The position numbers and the translations under genes are program-made. This document shows, in pieces, positions 12,793-22,090 of a stretch of 64,000 bases of DNA (the first letter of the stretch is position 1; each line of letters begins with the position of its first letter). The stretch is from Octopus bimaculoides. Lineage: Eukaryota. The DNA lies in the NCBI RefSeq assembly GCF_001194135.2, contig NC_068982.1, forward strand, positions 29,986,257-30,050,256, given 5' to 3'. Under the pieces are notes generated by a model that searched no databases, was not told where the DNA came from, and was given only the letters and a program-made list of their open reading frames with translations.

Positions 12793-12995
12793 ATCCTTTC
12801 TACTGGAAGCACAAGGCTTCTAATTTGGGGAAAGGAATTAAGTCAACCCTGGTGCGTAACTGGTACTTATTTAATTGACCCTGAAAAATGGAAGGCAAAG
12901 TTGACCTTGGGAGAATTTGAACTCAGAACGTAAGGACAGACGAAATGCGGCTAAGCATTTTGCCTGGCGTGCTAACGATTCTACCAGCTCACCTA
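12793..12995 (-). mobile_element. tRNA-derived SINE, ggcgagctggcagaa family
   Basis: Head gagctggtagaatcgttagcacgcc, gagttcaaattc and a central ctttgccttccatt...ggtcaattaaataagtacc. Other copies: about 11655-11850, 21088-21165, 38845-38935, 48242-48420, 56660-56790 (+) and 57200-57380 (-). Confidence 0.8.
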
Positions 12996-13004
12996 ATAAT
13001 AATA

Positions 13005-13362
13005 ACAAGAGCACTCAGCACAAACCTCCACCAAGGCAATACCAACGTCCTTTCAATGATTAGTGAGAGATGATTTTTAAAATGAGAATATCTGAAATAA
13101 GCTCTACTGCTCTCACAAATGAGAATACTAAAAATGAACCTGACCACTCTCAAAAATTATGTAAAAAAACAGGAAAAATAATCCAGAATCCTTGTCCGGT
13201 TCCAGATCAATCCCCAAATCTAATCAGTTTGTGCCAGTCATGAAGTCAAACATCCCTGAAAGTTTCATCCGAATCCATCCAGTGGTTCTTGAGATATCTT
13301 GTCCACGGACCAACAAACAAACCTGAAAACAATACCTCCGTCTTTGCTAAGGCAGAGGTAAT
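13005..13362 (+). mobile_element. Helentron-associated (HINE/DINE-1-like) non-autonomous element
   Basis: 5' acctccaccaagg sub-terminal repeat, an internal aatccatccagtggttcttgagatatc motif and (ACAA)n, and a 3' stem-loop acctccg...cagaggt. Confidence 0.55.
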
Positions 13363-13770
13363 GAAACTAAAGTAGAATTTAGCGTTTGAAACTATCCACA
13401 TCATTATTATTGTACAAGTAGCATAAGATGACAAATAAGATTGCATTTTCGTAATAAAACAAGAAAAAAGCATTGTGATATTTTGTATCATAATATAGGT
13501 TTTGTGAAACTTGTAGGTATATTCTCATACATCTCTTTTCCCACTTAAATTTATGAATGCATTTCACTGTATTTATTTCAAAACGATTACTTTGGATAAG
13601 AAACGAACCATACTTTCTTTCCTTTCGTTACTACATTCATTTTTCTTATTCCATCCGTCGTTAGTTTCTGTGTGCCATTTTCTTGTTTCTTTGATATTTT
13701 TCTGTTTCGTTTTTTTGTTTGTTTATATATTTATTTCAAATCATGATATATGGAACTTATCTTCAATTTT

Positions 13771-13805
<35 letters not shown>

Positions 13806-14121
13806 CAATGACGACATCAATGAAGATGACGATGATGATGATGATAAAGTGGCAAGCAGAAGATGAAGACAATGGCCAAAAAAAAAAAACAAAAACAAAA
13901 AAAAAGTGGTAATAACAAACCAGTAACAAAATAATATTGTATTTCCCTCTTCATAGAAAATAAGCTGATTCAGTTCTTGCTAGAAATAATCTGCTTTACC
14001 CAAATTCAAACATACACATATTTGTATGTGTATAAATACATAAATACATACATATATATGCGTCCTTTTCCAAGTAAGTTATATATATATATATGTGTGT
14101 ATATTTATATATATATATATG

Positions 14122-14166
<45 letters not shown>

Positions 14167-14744
14167 GCATACATGTATATATATACACATATATATACAT
14201 ATATACATATATATATGCATACACACACATATATACATATGCACACGCACACACATATATACGCACATATATATACACACACACATACACATATATATAT
14301 ATACATACCTATATACATACATATGTCTATCTATCTATCTATCTATATATATATATATATATATATATACACTCATTCACACAGCCCTCCATATAAAGAC
14401 ACACTCTCCACAACATCTTTATATATTTTTAAGAACTATATAGTTTTGTTGTAAAGACAAATGAGATTACTGCCAAATTGATGAAATATAAAAAGAGTCA
14501 TCACTACCCAAGATAAGAATGAATGCTGTGGATATAAGCAACGATCAGTAGCACATGCTCTGAGATTCCGAAACTGCTTTCTCTTCATGTTATCTAGTCA
14601 TGTTAAATATCTGTGAATCTAAAAGAGAAGCTGACTAGAAATAGTGCATTTGTTTTTGTTTTTGTTTTTGCTTTTTGTACTTTTTACATCGATTTCCTTA
14701 TTGGAACATGATAGTGTTACAATTTCTTCTAGTGCCATAGTTTT

Positions 14745-14890
14745 TCAGCATCTGAGAGTCTCCTTTTCAATTAATTCTTTAACTGACAGTATAACAGTAT
14801 AAATGGGTCTTCCTTCTAATTGATGGTGTATATCCTCACTGTTATTGAAGTCAAAAGTAGTGTTGGTTTTCTGAACTAAGTGCCATGTTG
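14745..14890 (-). CDS. Weak candidate terminal exon (phase 1, ends in TGA)
   Basis: Acceptor ctcctattattcag, followed by an open frame xTWHLVQKTNTTFDFNNSEDIHHQLEGRPIYTVILSVKELIEKETLRC*. Confidence 0.25.
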
Positions 14891-15544
14891 CTGAATAATA
14901 GGAGTATATATATTGAGAAGTTTGTTTTTCAACCACATGGTTCTGGGTTCAGTTCCACTGAATGACAGCTTGGTCAAGTGTCTTCTACTGAAGCTCTAGA
15001 TCAACTATCTTGTGAGTGAATTTTATTGATGGAAACTCAAGGAAACCCAGTGTGAGCACTAGTGATGGTGCCACATAACAAGCACTGGTGATGGTGCCAC
15101 ATGAAAATCACTGATGCTGGTGCCATTTAAAAAGCACTGGTGAAGGTGCCTTGTAAAAAGAACCCAGTACACGCTGTAAAGTGGTCGGTGTTAAGAAGAG
15201 CATTTAGCTGTAGAAACCAAACCAAAACAGACAATGGAGCTTGGTGTGGCCCCTGGCCTTGCCAGTTCCTCTCAAGCTATCCAACCTGTGCCAGCATGGA
15301 AAATGGATGTTAAATATTGATGCTGCTGTTGATGATGATGTGTGTATCTCCTAGCCTTGATATTGTGTAATTATTGTAAGTAAATCATTCTATAATCTTC
15401 TGCGAAAACATGTCTGATTATGGAGAAATACTACTTTACTTGAAACATATGAAGTTTAACCACAGAAAGAGCAATTGGTCATAGAAAAAGATTTTTCTCA
15501 ACAAATTTTGCCCAACCCATGCAAGCATAAAAAACATTTCATGT

Positions 15545-15772
15545 TTAACCCTTTCATTACTGTATTTATTTTGAGATGCTCTGTGTTTCTTTCAGTTACT
15601 TTAACTATAACAAAGAATTTAGTAAAATAACTTAGTTATCATTCAGTTAGTGTTAGGAACATAAATTGTGACTAAGGTTTGGTGAAAGATTTTAATTCAA
15701 AATTTATAAAAACAAGACATTTGTACTCAGAGCCAGAGCTGGTTTCAGCCGGGTTGGTAACGAAAAGGTTAA
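15545..15772. mobile_element. TTAA-flanked piggyBac-like MITE
   Basis: Ends TTAA-ccctttcattac ... gtaacgaaaagg-TTAA. Confidence 0.7.
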
Positions 15773-15817
15773 ACAATGATGGTGTGTGTGTGTGTGTGTG
15801 TGTGTTTGTGTGCAGAC

Positions 15818-16314
15818 TGACCTTTTTGATACCAACCAGTCTGAAACTGTCTTGTATTCTATGATACAAACTTCTTCATCAAACTTCCATATATTATGTT
15901 CTAAACACTGGCTAAAGAAAGACAAAGTTATTTTACTAAATTCTTCATTCATCATTGACCTTAGTTCGTATCCGAGAATTTAGTTTCTTCTTTACTAAAC
16001 ACTTCCCTTGGGGGGATGGCGATGATGACTTTGTAGATGAATTCTTGTATGGAAAAGTCAATGACATTGACTGTATAGTAGTGGCTGTAGAGGATGAGGG
16101 TGATTTTGTTGAGCCTTTCTCTCCTGTTGTTTGATTTCTACATTTCCTCTTCTGGTGAATTCAAAGGTTTTGGTTCCAATGGTGATGGAATACCACTAGT
16201 TGGTACAGTCTTGTCTTAAATGATTTAAGCTCAAGTCCAGATTTCTGAAATTCTTCATTATTATTGAAATAGAAGCAGTGTATTTCAAAAGAATCATGGT
16301 AGTAAAAAGGTTAA
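15818..16314. mobile_element. piggyBac-like deletion derivative
   Basis: Ends cctttttgatacc ... ggtagtaaaaagg-TTAA with an acidic internal segment (DGDDDFVDEF). Related ends occur near 28515-28745 and 46915-47330. Confidence 0.5.
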
Positions 16315-16404
16315 TATATATATATATATACTATATGCGCACAAGATATAAGTATACACATGCACGCACACACACACACACACTACTACTACTACTACTA
16401 CTAC

Positions 16405-17190
16405 TTCACATCACACTTTGAAAGCTATGCATTTGCACTCCAGGAACAGGAGATTGCCACATGTGCCTGATGAACAAGAGAGACAGTGATGCTCTTGTAA
16501 TTCCAAGGTGTAACTGCATGTGTAAGCTATGTCATGTTTCTGTGGAAGACATCACACATGTGATTAGCAGCTGTCCTAAAATGTCATCATGGTACTACCT
16601 CCCTATGCGGCATGATGTTGTTGCTAAAACAATTTACAATGCCATCTGCGAAAAAGACTGTCTTGAAATAAACTTAGAAAATCCCTCTGTTATGGAATAC
16701 ATTCATAAACACTAACGCAAAGAATACTGGTGGAATATTCCCATCAAAACTTCTTTCAAATATAAGCATAACAGGCCGGACATTGTTGTTTTGGATGGAG
16801 GGGAAAAGGTGTGTACCATCATAGAGGCTGCAGATATAAATATCTCTTTGAAAATCAAAGAAGAAGAAGATATCTATGGACAACTGCTTCGAAACTTACA
16901 GCTTCTGTATGCAGACTATGAATTCATATTCATACCAATAACAATTGGAGCACTAGGTTTTGTTACTAAAGGCTTAAATGAGAATCTGGATAAACTGGGA
17001 TTTTCAGGAAGAGAAATCGACCAACTAATTCGTACAATACAAGTGCAATCTGTGAGTGGAATAGAAAAATATGCAAGACTTTTCTCAAATTCCCAATGTG
17101 AATTTGTATGTGTTAACTACATCCCAAGGATGGAGCCTTGTATCTTTGTTGGAAACCAGCTCCCTCCTCAGTGGAAGATTTATAATAATT
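16405..17190 (+). mobile_element. 5'-truncated, decayed R4/Dong-like (R2 superfamily, RLE) non-LTR retrotransposon 3' end
   Basis: Reads ESYAFALQEQEIAT, a CCHC knuckle CKLC...ITHVISSC, RHD, then YWWN...HNRPDIVVLD...IIE (PD..D/E nuclease) and IPITIGALG. Contains a stop and frameshifts, ends in ataataatt, and starts within a (CTA)n/(CA)n tract. Confidence 0.85.
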
Positions 17191-17203
17191 AAAATATAGA
17201 AGA

Positions 17204-17244
<41 letters not shown>

Positions 17245-17247
<3 letters not shown>

Positions 17248-17378
17248 CATTATTTACATTTGACGGATATTCGTCCTCATCTTGTTTGTTGTTAACACAA
17301 CGTTTCGGCTGATATACCCTCCGAGTTCGATTCACGGCAGCGACCTGATTAATAATATTAATAATAGTAATAATAATA

Positions 17379-17413
<35 letters not shown>

Positions 17414-17582
17414 GTAACATCGATAGGAATGAGAACCCAGGTTCGAAATTTCCCCAAGACACCTGACGAAGGCTGGAGGGTATATCAGCCGAAACGTTGT
17501 GTTAACAACAAACAAGATGAGGACGAATATCCGTCAAATGTAAATAAGGTAAATAATTCCTCATCTCTTAAATATAGAACTG
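17245..17582. mobile_element. Penelope-type pseudo-LTR fragment with an inverted partial copy
   Basis: About 17255-17322 is the near-exact reverse complement of about 17474-17545, separated by an (AAT)n tract. The right arm carries a hammerhead core. Confidence 0.7.
17458..17503 (+). ncRNA. Minimal type I hammerhead ribozyme motif
   Basis: gacac-CTGACGA-a-ggctg(gagggtatat)cagcc-GAAAC-GTT-gtgtt. Stem I is gacac/gtgtt, stem II is 5 bp, and stem III is the loopless palindrome ACGT. Confidence 0.65.
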
Positions 17583-17627
<45 letters not shown>

Positions 17628-17677
17628 CAGCTGGCAATACTTCAATTAGATGATGTTAATTGGCTGAATCTATTTAC

Positions 17678-17750
17678 TGATCTCAACGTAGCATCTTGTA
17701 CACAACCTGGCTAGGGAATATAGCCACTGAAATGCATCTTCTAGAAATAT
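17678..17750 (-). CDS. Weak candidate exon (73 bp, phase 0/1)
   Basis: Acceptor ttgttctgtgaatag and donor ATCA|gtaaat. Translates IFLEDAFQWLYSLARLCTRCYVEI and bridges the phases of the neighbouring candidates. Confidence 0.22.
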
Positions 17751-18070
17751 CTATTCACAGAACAACATTGGAAACGTATGACAAAAATCTTAATTATGTG
17801 GTTCTGAAAAGATGTCATATTTTGACAAAATTACTCTTGTGAAATTCATTTCCCTGCTCTTGCTCTGAAATTCTCTACATTTTTTAACTAATGATTTTGT
17901 ATGTGACAACTTCTTGTCACCTGAAGAATTGGGATGTTGTGCTTCAGTTCCTTATTAAGTGTTATTCTCTTGGAACATCATTAGTTTTTGCTAAGTACGA
18001 AAATTTTTTTTTCTGTCTCCTGAAATATAGGATTTTTTTTTCTATATTTTCTATATTTATTTGGTTTATA

Positions 18071-18121
<51 letters not shown>

Positions 18122-18126
<5 letters not shown>

Positions 18127-19660
18127 GCAACCCCACCTGTAGATTGTTAAACCCGGTTAAATTGGAAATTGGATTGGCAGTAAAAACGTTAACAATAGAA
18201 CTGGAGAAATGACCGGACTTCGCCAATTGAATAACAGTTTTGTAGTAATAGACTGGTTCAACAAGATTAAAAGTAGGGGTAAGGTTAGGTTCATTCAGTT
18301 CGACATTATAGATTTCTACCCGTCCATATCTAGATTGCTGCATGATAAAGCTATCAAATTTGCCAAATTATATGTTGATTTTGACCCTATAGACTTGGAT
18401 CTCATCAGACATGCGAAGAAGACTATATTGCTTAGCAAAGGATCAACATGGGTAGAAAAGTTATGCATATGACAGTGCTGACATCTATGACCTTGTAGGC
18501 TTATTCATACTAAATTCAATCAAGTATAAGCACCCAGTACATGACTTTGACCTATACCGTTACGATGGCTTGCTTATTTTCCACATGTGTGATGGGCACA
18601 CCCTGGATAGGTTTAGAAAACAACTTATCTCTACCTTTAACCAATTAGGATTAAAAATCAAAGTAGCTACTAACCTCTCTGCAGTAGACTATTTAGACAT
18701 ATCCCTAGATCTAAACACTTCCTCATATAAACCTTTTTATAAACAGAATGAGAAGCTTACATATATAAATAGGCAGTCTTGTCACCCTCCTGCTATATTA
18801 AAAGATCTGGTAGCCAATATTAGTTGAAGAGTGTCTAACCTCTCTTCTTCTAAAGAAATTTTCGAAAGGGCAATCCCCTACTATCTTTACACCTGCTATT
18901 GGCTAGGGCCAAGAGCAGGTGTAAAGATAGATATAGCAACACCAACGATAATGTAATACAGAAACATTGTAACATTAATCTAAATGCTAAAAAAAAATCA
19001 AAGAATAGGCTAAGGAAATAATTTGGTCCCCCCCCCCCCTTTCACTCAATGTGAAAACTAACATTGGTAGGAGATTTTTGACTCTCTTAGACTAACATTT
19101 TCCTGTAAACCACAGATACAGGAACATTTTCAACAGGCAATCAGTGAAATTATCATAGAGCTGCTACCCCATCATAAAGAGTTTTGTTACATATGGCCAA
19201 CATAAAGAGCCTGAAACCAGCTGCAACTGTCGCGATCCAGGATCCTGTCCACTCGAACAACAATGTATAACCAAGGCGATTGTGTATGAGGTGGAAGTTA
19301 CTGCAACTTTAAATAAAAATAATACTACAATGGAAAAAAAAAAAAACTTATATTGGATTATGTGAAGGGGATTTAAAAAAAAGTTATGCCAACCACATAA
19401 CCTCCTTCCGACATAAAGACAAGAGTAAGGTCACAAAGTTAGCCAGCCATGTGTGGGCTTTGAAAGAGAATAAAATGTCATACAATTAAATGGAAAATAA
19501 TCGAAAAATCCACACCTTATGTGAATGGATCAAAGAAATGTTGGCTTTGCTTGGCAGAATGAGCACAGATACTGTTCAGATCAAAAATCCCCAACTCAAT
19601 GTTGAACTTATATTTCAAATTTACAGGTTATTCATTCTGAGTCTTTGGAAAACATGTTTA
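18122..19660 (+). mobile_element. Decayed Penelope-like retroelement: RT plus Cys linker plus GIY-YIG endonuclease
   Basis: RT segments CRLLNPVKLEIG, FIQFDIIDFYPSIS, DLVGLFIL, LYRYDGL (from YRDDG), DYLDISLDL and SCHPPAIL. Linker CNCRDPGSCPLEQQC at 19222-19266, then IVYEV...YIGLCE and CWLCLAE. Multiple stops and frameshifts. Confidence 0.88.
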
Positions 19661-19705
19661 ACAAAGTGGAAAATGTCTTTGCTTGAGAAGAATGGAAAAA
19701 TGGAA

Positions 19706-19863
19706 AGGCGTTAGGAAGGGCATCCAGCTGTAGAAACGCTGCCAAATTTAGATTGGAGCCTGGTGTTGCCATCCGGTTTCACCAGTCCTCAGTCAAATCG
19801 TCCAACCCATGCTAGCATGGAAAGCGGACGTTAAACGATGATGATGATGATGATGATGATGAT
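19706..19863 (+). mobile_element. RTE-type 3' tail element with (GAT)n
   Basis: ggcgttaggaagggcatccagctgtagaaac...gcatggaaagcggacgttaaacgatgatgat. Further copies at about 15170, 24510, 35130, 38960, 42100, 47520 and 61050 (+) and 20750, 26860 and 58085 (-). Confidence 0.8.
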
Positions 19864-20098
19864 ATACAAAGTTAAAAATTTTTAAATTTAAGAGAGATTT
19901 GACGCTAATATAAATTACATTAATAATGGATATTAGCGTAAAATCTCTCTCTTAAATTTAAAAATTTAAAACTTTGGAAATATAAACAAGGAGAACGATC
20001 CCTAAGGAGTCTAATTAAGACTTTTTTTTGCGGTGAAATCTCCTGCTATATTGGTGACGGTTATATAGTTTTCTATGAAAATTTATATATATATACAT

Positions 20099-20164
<66 letters not shown>

Positions 20165-20542
20165 TTTTCTATGCTTCAGCCCAAAGGCTGTGGCCATGCT
20201 GGAACACCATCTATATCAAAAATATAAAGTACAAAATCAAAAGATTTGCTTAACAAGAGAAAAACTTGTAAATGGCATTTTAGAATGTCTAATTCACACA
20301 TACACACGCATTTTTCATTTACTTAGAATACACATTACATACATATCCATATACACTGTCTACGTAACTTTTGCAACACTAATCAAATTGATTGCATTCT
20401 TCTCTCTTTTTCTTTTTGTGATGACTTCCAATCCACTATTAGATATATACTGACAGCTTACATGAGACATTAAACCGGAATGAACAGACATTTGCTGTCA
20501 CCATCTTTGTTGACAGAAAGTTTTGTTCTTACTGCACCATAC

Positions 20543-20677
20543 CCTTAACTCTCTAAATGCAAAAAATATACATTCCAGATTTTTAGAATATGAACTGTAA
20601 ACTGAATATAAACTGGCTTCAAATCTTGCCAAAAGGCCAGCAATATCAGGTTGTGGGGGCCGCCCTAAATATATGAT
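20543..20677 (-). CDS. Candidate coding exon of the same unidentified gene (135 bp, phase 0/0)
   Basis: Acceptor aatttacag and donor AGG|gtatgg. The only open frame gives IIYLGRPPQPDIAGLLARFEASLYSVYSSYSKNLECIFFAFRELR, in phase with the 21441-21575 exon. Confidence 0.45.
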
Positions 20678-21402
20678 CTGTAAATTAAGTACCTGTAACA
20701 GACATTCATGCTCAGCCACCAACATTCATCACATACACTCTTTCGTCATTATCATCATGTCCACTTTTCCATACTTGCATGGTTCAGATGGGATATGCTG
20801 CCAACCCTCACCAATTAACAAGCAAAGGCATTTTCCGCTTTGTTAAACATGTTTTCCAAAGACTGGGAATGAATAACCTTGCTTGTATGGTGATAATGAT
20901 GATGCTTATTTACAGCCATCTCATTATGTCAGGAAGACGGTACACACACACATAATACACACACACACACACACACACATTATTATATTTAGGGATGGTC
21001 ATTTTTTGCTTTTGCCAAATAACCACAAGTACTATATGCTTGTTCTTCACTTCAGCTTTATTATTATTGTTATTATTATTATTATTAAGGCGGCGAGCTG
21101 GCAGAATCATTAGCCAACCGGGCGAAATGCTTAGCGGTATTTCGCATGTCTTTACATTCGGTTTTCATTATGCTAGCACCTGTGATACGAGCACCAACAA
21201 GTCGATCTCTTTGAAAGTCCGATAGATCTGTCATTTTAATGAATTTTAATTACCTTTTTCTTATGATATCTGAAAAGAAACAGCAGTTTTAGCAAAGCAC
21301 ATTAAGCAACACTAATAATACATAAAAATAAATAAGCTTTTGACAGTTTCATAGATATTTCAAAATTATGATGCTAGTGTTTCCATTATTTTGTCCAACT
21401 CC

Positions 21403-21434
<32 letters not shown>

Positions 21435-21440
21435 CGAAAC

Positions 21441-21575
21441 CTGCGACACTGACAATATTTGATGATGTAGACTAGTTCTTCTTTTCGAGCTTATGTTGTT
21501 CATGTTCAGAGAGTGGGATTGGATTTGTGCAAATTCTTTTCCCACCATGAAAAAATCATGATGTGCAAGCATCAC
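21441..21575 (-). CDS. Candidate coding exon of an unidentified minus-strand gene (135 bp, phase 0/0)
   Basis: Acceptor cttattatttttcag and donor CAG|gtttcg. Only one frame is open: VMLAHHDFFMVGKEFAQIQSHSLNMNNISSKRRTSLHHQILSVSQ. No recognisable repeat at this position. Confidence 0.45.
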
Positions 21576-21684
21576 CTGAAAAATAATAAGACCTATCAGA
21601 AAAATAGCTGGTTGTAGCCTTCACATGTGTGGAATTTTGATCAGGCAATGGCAGTACTTGAACACAAGTTAGCAACCATCATCT

Positions 21685-21999
21685 ATATGTATGTGTGTAT
21701 GTAGGTATTTATTTATTTATGTATTTATATGTGTGTGTGTGTGTATTTGTGTATATGTCTATGTATGTATGTGTGTTTATATTTGTGTCTTTGTATGTAT
21801 GTGTGTGTGTGTGTGTGTGTATTTGTGTATGTCTGTCTGTATGTATGTATGTGTGTGTATATTTGTGTATATGTATGAATGTGTGTGTATATTTGTGTAT
21901 ATGTATGAATGTGTGTGTATATGTATGTGTGTGTGTGTATATGTATGTGTGTGTATATGTATGAATGTGTGTGTATATGTATGTGTGTGTGTATATGTA

Positions 22000-22032
<33 letters not shown>

Positions 22033-22090
22033 ATACATACATATACATACATATACACAAATATATATACATATACATATATACACACAT
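21685..22090. repeat. Compound (TG/TA)n micro/minisatellite
   Basis: Direct inspection; includes repeated gtatatgtatgaatgtgtgt units. Confidence 0.95.

Noticed and set aside
18825-18827. In-frame TGA in the Penelope-like RT as possible selenocysteine
   Set aside because: The context ANIS*RVSNLSS fits Arg CGA to TGA decay, the linker cysteines are ordinary TGC/TGT, and the copy has other disablements.
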